The translations under genes were made by a program, and so were the position numbers. A stretch of DNA of 63,124 nucleotides, the filler included, from Chiloscyllium plagiosum (Eukaryota), in the NCBI RefSeq assembly GCF_004010195.1. It is 5 parts of one record of this genome, joined end to end, with 100 filler letters (N's around TTAATTAATTAA, not from the genome) between each part and the next. Parts side by side here need not be neighbours in the genome. Positions count along the whole stretch, not along the records: positions 1 to 14,244 come from NC_057716.1; positions 14,345 to 38,003 come from NC_057716.1; 3 more parts are not named here. One strand, 5' to 3'. Positions 11,450 through 23,071 of this stretch are shown here, in pieces. The notes under the pieces were generated by a model, which made no database searches, had not been told where the DNA came from, and worked only from the letters and a program-made list of their open reading frames with translations. The first letter of the stretch is position 1, and every line of letters starts with the position of its first letter.

Positions 11450-12150
11450 CTCAGGGTCAATGTCAGGTTCAGGGTCTTTGTCAGGATAAGGGTTAGGGTG
11501 ATAGTGAGAGTGAGGATGAGGATTAGGTTGAGGGTGAGCATTAGGGTTCGGGGTTAGTGGTCAGGGTTCGAGATAGGAGTAGGTGTTAGGGTGAAGGTCA
11601 GGGGTCAGAGGTAGGGTCTGGGTCAGATTCAGAGTGAGCATCAGGGTGAAAGTCAGGCTCAAGGTCAAGGTCAGGGTCAGGTTTAGGGTGAGGGTGAGAG
11701 TGTGGGGTTAGGATTGGGTGAGGGTGAGATTCCAGGTGAGGGTTACGGCGAGTGTGAGGGCAAGGGAGATATGAGGTTTAGAGGTTAGGGTTAAGATTAT
11801 GTTTAGGGGTTAGATTTATGGATATGGTCAGGGTTAGTTGTTAGGTTAGGATGCATTAGGGTTAGGGTGCAATAGGGTTAGGGGTAGGGCCAGGATTAGG
11901 ACTAAGGGTAGGGTTAGGGTGAGGTTTAGGTTTGATTAGGGTTACTCTTCGGTGGGTCCATGTGGGCTTGTTGGTTAGGGTTAGTGGCTATGTTTAGGGT
12001 CAGATTGAGGTAGGGCCATAGAGTTAGGATTTAAGTTTAGGGTGAGGTTAGGTTCGGGTTTGAGTTAGGGAGTTAGGGTTAGTGGGTTAGGGATTTGTGT
12101 GCGATAGGGTTAGGGTTCATGCTTAGGGGGTTTGGATTAGGGTGTGTGGT
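11450..12150 (+). repeat. Degenerate (TTAGGG)n telomere-like array
   Basis: ttaggg/tcaggg/tgaggg variants. Confidence 0.88.
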
Positions 12151-12698
12151 TATGGTGCATGCACACTCAAACACATATAATTCCTCACACCCACACACTC
12201 CCTCTCAAGCGCGCGCGCGTACACACACACACACATACCCTCTCACACATATGCTTTCTCTCCCTCACACATGCACACCTACAAATCTATGGGGTGAATT
12301 TACATTTGCAGGTTTGTATATACAGATATGTTCTATTTTGTTCAAAAAGTATACGATCTGTAAACAGTCAATGTGGCATTTTATAAATTCCGACTTTGAA
12401 AATAAAACCAGTCTGACTCCAGGTTGAGACAGACAGTGTCAAAACAAGGCCTCATACCTAAAATGTATTGTCTGTCCTGACGTTTCATCTTTATACTTAT
12501 AAGTTATCTTGGGGCTTGACTTGAAAGAAATTCTGGGACTTACATATTAATCAAAACCTGCATCTCCATTCTTACTGATTAAAAACTTAATAGCCATCGA
12601 GGTTTATTAAGGGTCATTAGGTTGTATGACCCTTTGATCTTTTACTTGTAAACTTTGTGTCCAATATATTCTCTGTCATGAGCTGCCTGAAGAAGGAG
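12150..12698 (+). mobile_element. Penelope-like 3' region (CA-rich UTR, truncated at hammerhead)
   Basis: Similar to 61800-62500 (ggggtgaatt...); ends gcctgaagaaggag. Confidence 0.6.
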
Positions 12699-12968
12699 GC
12701 CACATGGACCCTCTGAAGAGCATCGCACCCAGACCCATTCCCCTATTACTCTACATTTCCCCTAACTAATGCACCTAATCTGTAAACCCATGAACACTAA
12801 GGGCAATTTGACATAGCAAATTCAGCTAACCTGCACATCTTTGGATTGTGAAACCCACGCAGACACAAGGAAAATGTGCAAGCTTCACACAGACAGTCAC
12901 TGAGGCTGGAATTGAACGTGGGTCCCTGATGCTGTGAGGCAGCAGTGCTAACCACTGTGCCACCGTAC
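12699..12968 (-). mobile_element. HE1-type tRNA-derived SINE
   Basis: Minus strand ggtggcacagtggttagcactgctgcctcacagc (A box) ... gttcaattcc (B box). Confidence 0.88.
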
Positions 12969-13116
12969 TGCCCTAATTTCCCACGGCTAATCCACCTAGA
13001 TACTATAGGCAATTTAGCAGAACCAATTCATCCTAATCTGCACAATTTTGGAATAACCCTAACCCTCATCCTAACCCTTGTCCTGATCCAAACCCTCACC
13101 CTCACTTTAACCCTAG

Positions 13117-13480
13117 AGAGAGTGTGCATGAGTGTGAGGGAGTATTGCCTGTGGGACAGTGTGAAAGTGCATGTGAGTGTGTGTGTATATGTGAAAGAGT
13201 GTGTGTTATGAGAGAGGGTCTATGTGTTTGTGTGAAAGTGTGTGTTTGTATGTGTGTATGTATGTTTGACTTTATAGAGTGTTGGGGTCACCTGTAGCAT
13301 GTCATGATCCCAGTTGAGTCCATCTTTATGGGAAACAGACTTGGCTATCTTCTCTCACAAGCTGCCTGAGGAAGGAGCGTGACTCCGAAAACTTGCGGAT
13401 TCAAATAAACCTGTTGGACTATAACCCAGTGTTGCATGATTTTTGACTTTGTCCACCCCAATAACAGCACTTCCACATCA
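13117..13480. mobile_element. Penelope-like fragment, inverted 3' part plus terminal hammerhead (~13363-13397)
   Basis: Minus-strand GIY-YIG C-terminal remnant at ~13280-13350; CTGAGGAaggagcgtgactccGAAA; aaacctgttggactataacc tail. Confidence 0.65.
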
Positions 13481-13524
13481 CAAAAAAAGTGTAAATGCAA
13501 TAAAATTCGTCATGTCTCCTTTCA

Positions 13525-13664
13525 GTTCACTCAGTTCGCAGAGGTCCCTGAATACAGTTGCAATGGGAATACTCTTTTTAATGTGTACAATGTGTCAGGA
13601 AAATTGCCCAAAGACAACTCATTGCCACATTGCAGAGGGAAAGCATGCATTTCTGAACATGAGC
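13525..13664 (-). pseudogene. Possible papillomavirus L1 C-terminal fragment
   Basis: Frame reads MHAFPLQCGNELSLGNFPDTLYTLKRVF, loosely like L1 FWxVDxxExLSxDLDQFPLGRKF; position and orientation are collinear with the other L1 pieces. Confidence 0.25.
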
Positions 13665-14167
13665 NNNNNNNNNNNNNNNNNNNNNNNNNNNNNNNNNNNN
13701 NNNNNNNNNNNNNNNNNNNNNNNNNNNNNNNNNNNNNNNNNNNNNNNNNNNNNNNNNNNNNNNNNNNNNNNNNNNNNNNNNNNNNNNNNNNNNNNNNNNN
13801 NNNNNNNNNNNNNNNNNNNNNNNNNNNNNNNNNNNNNNNNNNNNNNNNNNNNNNNNNNNNNNNNNNNNNNNNNNNNNNNNNNNNNNNNNNNNNNNNNNNN
13901 NNNNNNNNNNNNNNNNNNNNNNNNNNNNNNNNNNNNNNNNNNNNNNNNNNNNNNNNNNNNNNNNNNNNNNNNNNNNNNNNNNNNNNNNNNNNNNNNNNNN
14001 NNNNNNNNNNNNNNNNNNNNNNNNNNNNNNNNNNNNNNNNNNNNNNNNNNNNNNNNNNNNNNNNNNNNNNNNNNNNNNNNNNNNNNNNNNNNNNNNNNNN
14101 NNNNNNNNNNNNNNNNNNNNNNNNNNNNNNNNNNNNNNNNNNNNNNNNNNNNNNNNNNNNNNNNTCG

Positions 14168-14204
14168 AAATCGACGTTTCGGGCAAAAGCCCTTCATCAG
14201 GAAT
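14168..14204 (-). ncRNA. Minimal type-I hammerhead ribozyme (PLE terminus), intact core
   Basis: attc-CTGATGA-a-gggc(tttt)gccc-GAAA-c-GTC-gatt. Confidence 0.82.
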
Positions 14205-14344
14205 AAAGGCAGAGAGCCTGAAGCGTGGAGAGATAATTAGCATGNNNNNNNNNNNNNNNNNNNNNNNNNNNNNNNNNNNNNNNNNNNNTTAATTAATTAA
14301 NNNNNNNNNNNNNNNNNNNNNNNNNNNNNNNNNNNNNNNNNNNN

Positions 14345-14985
14345 CAACTCCACTTTCAAGGAGCTATGAACCTGCACTCCAAGGTCTCTTTGTTCAGCAA
14401 CACTCCCTAGGACCTTACCATTACGTGTATAAGTCTTGCTAAGATTTGCTTTCCCAAAATGCAGCACCTCACATTTATCGAAATTAAACTCCATCTGCCA
14501 CTCCTCAGCCCATTGGCCCATCTGATCAAGATCCCATTGTAATTTGAGGTAACCCTCTTCGCTGTCCACTGCACCTCCAAGTTTGGTGTGTCATCTGCAA
14601 ACTTATTAACTTTACCTTTTAAGCTCACATCCAAATCATTTATATAAATGACCCAGCACCGATCCTTGTTGCACTCCACTGGTCACAGGCCTCCAGTCTG
14701 AAAAACAATGCTCCACCAACACCCTCTGTCTTCTACCTTTGAGCCAGTTTTATTTCTCAAATCTAAATCATTAACAAATATATTGCGAATAGCTGGGGTC
14801 CAAATGGCTAGTTCTCCCTGCATTCCGTGAGATGTAACCTTGCCAACCAGCCTCCAATGGGGAATCTTGTCGAGTGCCTTCCTGAAGTTCATATAGATCA
14901 CATCTACCACTCTACTCATCAATCATCTTTGTTACTTCTTCAAAAAACTCAAGCAAGCTTGTGAGACATGATTTCCCATGCACAA
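14345..14985 (-). mobile_element. CR1 LINE RT fragment
   Basis: ORFs 14297-14569 and 14683-14922 (KFADDT, WQMEFNFDKCEVLHFG). Confidence 0.9.
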
Positions 14986-14989
14986 AGAC

Positions 14990-16000
14990 AGAAGACAGAG
15001 AGTAGCGATGGAAGGGTGCTTTTCTGACTGGAGATCTGTGCCCAGTGGTGTTCCCTGTTGGGTAACATATATATAACTGGTCTGGAGGAGGATGAAGGTC
15101 ATCTGATTAGGAAGTTTGTGAATAACACAAAGATTGAGGGAGCTGTGGAAAGTGAGGAGGATTACCAAAGGATGTAGCAGGATATAGACAGGCTGGAGAG
15201 TTGGACAGAGAAATAGCAGATGGGAATTTATTCCTGACTAATGTGAGGTGATAGAGTTTGGAAGGTCTAAACCAGGCGGGAAGTATACAGTAAACAGCAG
15301 AACCCTTAGCATCAACATACAGAGGAATCTGGGCATACAGTTCCACAGCTCCCTGAACATGGCTACACAAGTGGATAAAGTGATCAAGAAAGCATGGGGC
15401 ATGCTCACCTTCATCTGTCAGGGCACAGAGTATAAAAACTGGCAAGACATGCTGCAGCTGTACAGAACTTTAATTCGGCCACATTTGGAATATTGTGTAT
15501 AGTTCTGGTCACCACACTACCAGAAGGGTGTGGAGGTTTTGGAGAGAGTACAGAAACAGTTTACCGGGCTGTGACCTGATTTGGAGGGTATTGGAGGAGA
15601 GATTGGACAAACTTGGTTTGTTTTCATTTGAACATCAGAGGCTGAGGGGCGACTGATAGAAGTTTACAAAGATACAAGAGGCTTGGATAGAATTGATGGT
15701 GCGAGTCTTTTTTCCAGGGTAGAAATGTCAGTTACTCGGGGACATAGCTTTAAGGTAAAAGGAGATGCAAAAGGCAGGCTTTTTACACAGAGGGTGGTGA
15801 GTGTCTGGAACGTGCTGCCAGAGGAGGGGGTGGAGGTGGATACAGCAGCAATGTTTAAGAGGCATCTCGACAGAGACATGAATAGGCGGGGAATAGAGGG
15901 ATATGGACTGTGTAAAGGCAAAAGGATTTTTGATTTGATGTGTCAGTGCCAGCTTGGTGGGCCGAAGGGCCTGTTCCTGTGCTGGACTGTTCTTTGTTCT
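14990..16000 (+). mobile_element. CR1 LINE 3' part
   Basis: LQLYRTLIRPHLEYCV; 3' tail gggccgaagggcctgttcctg. Confidence 0.9.
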
Positions 16001-16076
16001 TTAAATGGCAGAGTAAACTCGAAGGGCCGAATGGCCTACTCCTGCTGTTACTTTCTATGTTTCTCTGAATGATAGA

Positions 16077-16283
16077 GCTGACTCAATGGGTTCAATGTCT
16101 CATGCTCTCATAACGACAAAGCATTCAATGTCAAGCACATGGCCTGAGGGTGAAAACAAATTCAAATCACAAATTATTCCCTGGGCAAAAGATGCAATTC
16201 TTTCACATTATTCAGACTGGCCTGTCCTGTTCCATTCTATTCTTTTCTTTAGATGTCATAATATTTTGACACATCCTTACAGT
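16077..16283 (-). pseudogene. L1: Papillomavirus-like L1 capsid fragment (C-terminal third), frameshifted
   Basis: Joined frames give VRMCQNIMTS..NGTGQASLNNVKELHLLPR..FEFVFTLRPC.LTLNALSL*EHETLNP, compare L1 TRSTNMSL..NFKEYLRH..YDLQFIFQLCKITLTADVMTYIHSMN. Confidence 0.5.
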
Positions 16284-16289
16284 TTGTTA

Positions 16290-16670
16290 AGGACATTTCA
16301 GAGGGCAGTTGAGTGTCAACCACATTGCTGTGGGTCTGGAGTCACATGTAGGTCAGACCAGGTCAGGATGGCAGATTCCTTCTTGAAAGGACGTTAGTGA
16401 ACTGGATAAGTTTTTGCATAAATCAGCAATGCTTATTTGGTTCCATGAGATTGGCTTTAATTTCCTGATTTATTAACTGATTGTAAATTCCACCAGGTGT
16501 GATGTAGAGATTTGAAACAAACACAGACAATGCTGGAGAAACTCAGCAGTTCTGGTAGTGTCTGCGGGGAACTAATGTTTTGAGTCCAGTTGCACTTCTT
16601 TGGAACACAGTTCCCCAGAGCATTAACCTCTGTCACTCAGTGACTTCACCACAAGTTCACCGTTTCTTAG
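16290..16670 (-). mobile_element. Second tRNA-derived SINE family (with PLE bit inserted ~16520-16605)
   Basis: Core ccacattgctgtgggtctggagtcacatgtaggccagaccagg shared with 17550-17855, 34500-34960, 40320-40600, 46380-46690. Confidence 0.7.
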
Positions 16671-16679
16671 AAATTTAGA

Positions 16680-17528
16680 ACATAGAACCTAGAACATTAC
16701 AGAGCAGTACGGGCCCTTCGGCTCTCGATGTTGCACCGACCTGTTGAACCAATCTGAAGCCCATCTAACCTACACTATTCCATTCTCATCCATATGTTTA
16801 TCCAATGATCATTTAAATGCCCTTAAAGTTGGTGAGTCCACTACTGTTGCAGCCATCACCATCCGAGGAAAAAGGCTCTCCCTGTCCACCCTATCTAACA
16901 CTGATTATCTTATATGTCTCTATTAAGTCACCTCTCAACCTTCTCCTCTCCAATGAAAACAGCCTCAAGTCCCTCAGCCTTTCCTCATAAGACCTTCCCT
17001 CCATACCAGGCAACGTCCTAGTAAATCTCCTCTGCACCCTTTCCAAAGCTTCCACATCCTTCCTATAATGCAGTGACCAGAACTGTACACAATACTCCAA
17101 GTGTGGCCGCACCAGAGTTTTGTACAGCTGTAGCATAACCTCATGGTTCTGAAACACAATCTCTCTACTAATAAAAGCTAACACACCGTATGCCTTCTTA
17201 ACAACCCTGTCAACCTGGGTGGCAACTTTCAGGGATCTGTGTACCTGGCCACCGAGATCTCTCTGCTCATCTACACCAGCAAGAATCTTACCATTAGCCC
17301 AGTACTTTGCATTCCGATTACTCACCTCACACCTCACACTTTCTGCATTAAACTTCATTTGCCACCTCTCAGCCCAACTCTGCAGCTTATCTATGTCTCT
17401 CTATAACCTGCAACATCCTCCGTCATATCCACAACTCCACCAACCTTACTGCCATCTTTCTATGCCCTCATCCAGGTCATTTATTAAAATGAGAAACAGC
17501 AGTGGACCTAAAACAGATCCTTGTGGTA
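16680..17528 (-). mobile_element. CR1 LINE 3' part
   Basis: ORF 16891-17358; (tgttcta)n tail. Confidence 0.92.
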
Positions 17529-17549
17529 CTTTTATTTATATTTATTATT

Positions 17550-17855
17550 TATTCATTCACAGGGTGTGGCCATTGCTGGCTGGGCCAACATTTATTGCAC
17601 ATTTCTAATTGCCCAGAGAGCAATTTAAAAGTCAACCATCTTGCTGTGGGCCTGGAGTCCCATGTAGGCCAGACCAGGTAAAGATGGCAGATTTCCTTCC
17701 CTAAATATCATTAGTGAACCAGATGGGGTTTTCCTGACAACTGACAGATTCTTAATTCCAGATTTTTTAAAATTGAATTCAAATTCCACCATCTGCTGTG
17801 GTAGGATTTGAACCCAGGTCCCCAGAGCATTAGCTAGGCCTCTGGATTAACAGAA
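17550..17855 (-). mobile_element. Second SINE family copy
   Basis: Minus strand gggttcaaatcc B box; shared core. Confidence 0.72.
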
Positions 17856-17894
17856 ACTAGGAGAAAGTGAAGACTGCAGATGCTGGAGACCTGA

Positions 17895-18087
17895 GTGGAT
17901 AAGTGTCCCTCAATAATACCACTCGGGCATCACCTCCCCACTGTCCTCGGGGTGCTGGATTTGCAGTGCGACATTACACTGAGGCTCAGTTTGGCCACTT
18001 ACCCCATGGCCAGTATTTGTAGAGGAGCAGGGAGCTCTCCTAAAACGTTCACAACATCAATCCCCCCAACAAATATGACTAAAGGTC
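17895..18087 (-). pseudogene. L1: Papillomavirus-like L1 capsid fragment (central), frameshifted
   Basis: Joined frames: D.SHICWGGIDV..APLQIL..KWPN..SGEVMPEWYY*G, compare L1 DMxDxGFGAMDF..VPLDI..K(Y/W)PD..GExVPxDLYxKG. Confidence 0.5.
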
Positions 18088-21000
18088 GGGCATCCCAAAA
18101 GGCTGTGTTATCTGCCTGGTGCCTGGGGTCAAGACGATTAAAGATGTAAAGACAAGGCTGAACGATTTGTGTGGGAGAAATGAGTTTGAATTCAAGGGAC
18201 ATTACTGGGGAAGGATTGAGCTGTTCCAATGGGATGATCTCCATCTGAATCATACCAGAACCAGAGTCCTGGAGAATTGGATAACTAGAATAGGGCTTTA
18301 AATTAAATAGTGACAGGGCAGTTCAGTTGCCGGGAAAATTAGAAAATTTAAGGTAAATGTGAAGGTGGTTGAGCAGGTTAGTGATGAGTCTGATTGTTGC
18401 CAGAGAAAACAGGTAGGGATGGAATGTGTGAACATCATATTGCAACAAGGAACGGTGACAGATATTGACAGTTTGACAATAGAACACAGTTAAATCCTTT
18501 CTATATAGTTTGGAATAAAGTTAATGAGTTAACAGCACAAACAGAGACAAATGGGTATGATTATAAACAACAATTACTGACATGTGGTTGCAAGGAGTCC
18601 AGGCCTGGGGATTGAATATCCAAGGGTACTCAGTGTTTCAGAAGGGTAGGCAAAAAGGGAATGGGTGTGGGAGCTTTCTTAGTTAAGGGAGAGGTTAGTG
18701 CTGCAGTGATAGATGATATCAGCACAGGAGATCAGTCTGGGTGGAGATCAGAAACAGCAAAGGAAAGAAATCCCTGGTGAGAGTGATCTATAGGTGCCCA
18801 AAGAGTAACCCTGCTGTCGGGCACAGTGTAAACAAGGAAGCAGTAGGGACTTGTAAGAAAGATATAGCAATAATCATGGGTAATTTTAATATTCATATAG
18901 ACTGGATTAATTAAATTGACATGGCTACCCTTGAGGGAGAGCTTATAGAGTGCATTAGAAATTGTTTCTTGGGAGTAACATATTGTGGAACTGACTAGGG
19001 AGCAGGAGATTTTGGATTTGATGTTGTGTGGTAAAGTAGGATCAATTCATGATTGCAAAGTAACCAGAAACTCATTTGGATTCAGGATGTGCTGCCTGGG
19101 AAAGTGGGGGAGGGGGATTCCATAGGAGGTTTCAAAAGAGAGCTGTGTATGTATTTGAAAGGGATGAAGTTAGAGGGTTATGAATATAGGGCTGGAGAGT
19201 GGGACTGGCTGGGTAGCTCTTTCAGGAGCCCGTCCTTTGTACTGTAAAATTCTATGATTCTTTGATTCGATGATCCTTTAGGAAAGAGCGATCATAGCAT
19301 GCTAGCATTTCAAATTCAGTTGGAGGGTGAGAAACTGGAATCCCAGCAGTCCACACTAGCAATCTGGAATTAAACAAAGACAATTACATCAGCATGATGT
19401 CAAATTTAGTCTTAACGCACTGGGCAGGAAGACTGAATGGGAAGATAATGGTTGAGCAGTGGCAAATGTTTAAGGAGGTATTCAATTGATCCCAACAATG
19501 CAGTTGGTGCAAATACGATATGCCGAATGGCCTCTTCCCTCAGTGTAGGGGTTCTATGATTCTAAAGTATATTCCAGAGAGGAAAATAGATTGTAAGGGG
19601 GAATAAAACATTCATGTCTCAGCAAGGAAGTTATGGATAACGTAAGGTCAAAAATGAAGGCATGTTATTTTGCAAAGGAGAGTGGCTGTCTGGAAGATTA
19701 GGAAAGTTTAAAAGATCAACAAAGGGTTACAGAAAAGAGCAAAGGTAATTTAAGAAAGAAAATATAAAATCAGACAGCAAAAGCTTCTGTAAGTTTATAA
19801 AAGACAGCAGCTAAAGTGAACATTGATCCTTCAGAGGATGAGGCTGGAGAGTTAATAGTGAGGAACACAGAAATGGTGGAGTCACTAAATCAATACTTTG
19901 CCTCAGTTTTCAGGGTGGAGGACACTAGCACCATCCAAAAGGTAACAGGTAATTCAGAGATTATAGCAAGGGTGGAACTTAGAAAATTCATCATTGACAG
20001 GGCAAAAGTACAGAGCAAACTGTTGGGACTAAAGGTGAACAGGTCTCTAGGGCCTGTTGGAAGTGGCAGCTGAAATGTTGGATCCATTGGTTATAATATT
20101 CCAAAATTCACCAGATGCAGGAAAGGTTCCAGTGGATTGGAAAAGTATCAATATTACACCCTTATTCAAAAAGAGAGGGAGACAGGACCTACAGACATGT
20201 GGGAAATTGTGAGAATCCATTATTAAGGAAGTAAGGACAAGGCATTTGGAAAGGCAATCCATCAGATCCAGCATGTTTTTTTTATAAAAGGTGAATCATG
20301 TTGAACTAATTAAACAGAATTCTTTAAGATGTAACAAATAGTGTGGATAGTAGCAGTCCAGTAGGTCCAATGCATCTGGACTTCCAGAAGATATTTGGTA
20401 AGATCACATAGACCTGGGGATAATTTATAGCTGGCAAACTGGATACACAATTGGCTTGAGGGTAGGAAGCAGAGGGTAATAGTGGAAGGATCCTTGTTGG
20501 ACTGGAGGCCTGTGACTAGTGGAGTGCCTCAGGGGTCAGTGCTGGGCCCACTGCTGTTTGTTATCTATATTAATGATTTGGATGAGAATGTACAAGACAT
20601 GATTAGTAAGCTTGCAGATGACACTAAAGTAGGCGATCTCATGGACAGTGAGGAAGGTTATCAGAAATTGCAGCAGGACCTTGATCAGCTGGGGAAGTGG
20701 GCCGAGAAATGGCAAATGGAGTTTAATATCGATAAGGGTGAGGTCTTGTATTGTGGAAAATCAAATCAAGGCAGGAGTTTCATGGTGAATGGTAGGGCCT
20801 TAAGGAGTGTAGTGGATTAGAGACCCCTTGGAGTTAGGGTGCACGGTTCTCTGAAAGTGGAGTTCCAGGTGGACAGGGCAGTGAAGAAGGCTTTTGGCAC
20901 ACCGGCCTTCATCAGTCAGGGCAGTGAGTGTAGAAGTTGGGAAGTTATGCTGCAGTTATACAGAACATTGGTGCACTCAGAGTATTGTGATCAGTTTTGG

Positions 21001-21205
21001 TCACCTTGCTACAGGAAGGATGTTATTAAACTGGAAAGAGTGTGGAAGAAATTTACAAGGATGTTACCAGGACTCAAGGGCCTGAGTTATTGGGAGAGAT
21101 TGGACAAGCTGGGACATTTTTTCTTTAGAGCATAAGAGACTGAGGCGGGTTCTTATAGAATTGTATAAGATTATGAGAGGCATGGATAGGGTGAATGCAC
21201 TCAGT
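18088..21205 (+). mobile_element. Composite of decayed CR1 LINEs (ORF1 end, EN, RT)
   Basis: DDLHLN esterase motif, EN motifs, SGVPQGSVLGPLLFVIYINDL, KLADDTK; nested CR1 tails at ~19060-19265 and ~19500-19565. Confidence 0.88.
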
Positions 21206-21409
21206 CACTTAATGCTCACTCACTTAATACTCACATATTCACTTACATTGATATTTATCCCTGTAGTAACTCTACCTTTTGCACACTTCCTAATTTTCTC
21301 CCTTCCAGTTCCATTTTTTCTGTCTGTTCTGAATCTCTGAGCTTCCCACCTTTCCCTGGCCAATCAACTTTAACTGACAGCACCACCAAAACCTACTGCA
21401 AGCGTATTG

Positions 21410-21750
21410 AACATATAGAACATAGAACATTACAGCGCAGTACAGGCCCTTCAGCCCTTGATGTTGCGCCAACCTGTCATACCAATCTGAAGCCCATCTG
21501 ACCTACACTATTCCATGTACGTCCATTTGCTTGTCCAATGACGACTTAAATGCACTTAAACGTGGCGAATCTACTACCGTTGCAGGCAAAGCATTCCATA
21601 CCCTTACTACTTTCTGAGTAAAGAAACTACCTCTGACATCTGTCCTATATCTATCATCCTTCAATTTAAAGCTATGCCTCCTCGTGCTCGCCGTCCCCAT
21701 AGTTGGAAAAAGGCTCTCCCTGTCCACCCTATCTAACCCTCTGATTATCT
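21410..21750 (-). mobile_element. CR1 3' fragment inserted in the E2-like ORF
   Basis: (tgttcta)n tail; 5-bp TSD tattg at 21405-21409 and 21751-21755. Confidence 0.9.
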
Positions 21751-21896
21751 TATTGGGTGCTTCTCCATTGAGGTCTCGCCTCCCTCCTCTTCCAATCCTC
21801 TGGAAACAATCTTGATGCCTAAGGAATCGATAATGTTTTCTCGTGTCCTGTCTTTCTAGTCCCGTATCCATCAGTGGCTGACTCTGACTCCGCCTC

Positions 21897-22217
21897 TGAT
21901 TAGATTCCCTACAGAGTGGAAACAGGCCCTTCAGCCCAATCAGTCCACACCAATCCTCCCAAGAGTAACCCTCCCAGACCCATTTCCCTCTGAATAATGA
22001 ACCTGACACTATGGGCAATTTAGCGTGGCCAATTCACCTGACTTGCACATCTTTGGACTGTGGGAGGAAACCGGAGCACCCGGAGGAAACCCACGCAGAC
22101 ACGGGGAGAATGTGCAAACTCCACTGAGACAGTTGCCCGAGGCGGGAATCGAACCTGGGACCCGGGTGCTGTGAGGCAGCACTGCTAACCTCTGAGCCAC
22201 CGTGCCACCGTGCCACC
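21897..22217 (-). mobile_element. HE1-type SINE inserted in the E2-like hinge
   Basis: Full A/B boxes and LINE-like tail; (ggtggcac)2 at its 5' end. Confidence 0.92.
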
Positions 22218-23071
22218 CTGTCTCTGTCTCTGTCTCTGTCTCTGTCTCTGTCTCCAGCTCTGACTCTGGCTCTGGCTCTGATTCTGACTCTGGCTCTGCC
22301 TCTGGCCCTGTCTCTGGCTCTGGCTCTGCCTCTGGTTCTGGCTCTGGGAGTAATCTACAGATGGTTCTCCAGTTCTCTGCAAACTCCCTGAACTCTCCCA
22401 GTGTGATCTTATCCCTCTTTCCGTCTAGGTCATCGATACTGATTTAAACAATACCCTCTTACTGTTCACCCCATCCCTCCCTCTGAGCTATACTGCAGCC
22501 TCTCAGTGACTGTCCTGGAGTTATGTAGGAGGCCATTCTCCTCTCACCCTTCACTCCAAACCAACCCACTATATTTTTCCTTCCCTCTCCCTGTCCTTTC
22601 TCCTCTCCCACTTCACTCTTTACCTCCTCTCTTCTCTTCAATTTCTCCTATACTCCCATCCCATCAGCTCACTTCCCACGTCAACCTCTTCCACCTACTC
22701 ACCAACTTCCTCTAATATCCCCATCTCACTTCCTTCTCACCTTCTCTCCATTTTTTTTTAACTTCCCCTAACTCATCTCTGCTTGACCCCCAATTGCTCA
22801 CTTTCCCTTTCCCTTCATTCATACAGCACCATTGATTCTCCCTCTCCCATTCTCACCTTAAACTTGGGCCCAGCATTGAATACTTATATATATATTTTAA
22901 GACTTTTATATATTTTAACAAGATTTATTTTTGAATTTGAAAAAGTGGCATATGAGTTTTCTGTGTATCTGAAGGGTTATATTGATTATCTTGCAAGTAT
23001 ATCCGTAGCCATGGTGATTCCTTTTAAAACCATTTGAGAGAGATAACACTGAAGAATGAATGCGTGTTTGT

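Noticed and set aside
12900..12968. tRNA-like A/B boxes (also ~22150, ~33420, ~42870, ~45790, ~51235)
   Set aside because: Heads of HE1-type SINEs continuing into SINE body and LINE tail; not tRNA genes
14289..14300. TTAATTAATTAA island inside N runs (also 38048-38059, 47684-47695, 59352-59363)
   Set aside because: Identical 12-mer centred in ~100-bp gaps with stops in all six frames: a scaffolding spacer, not biology
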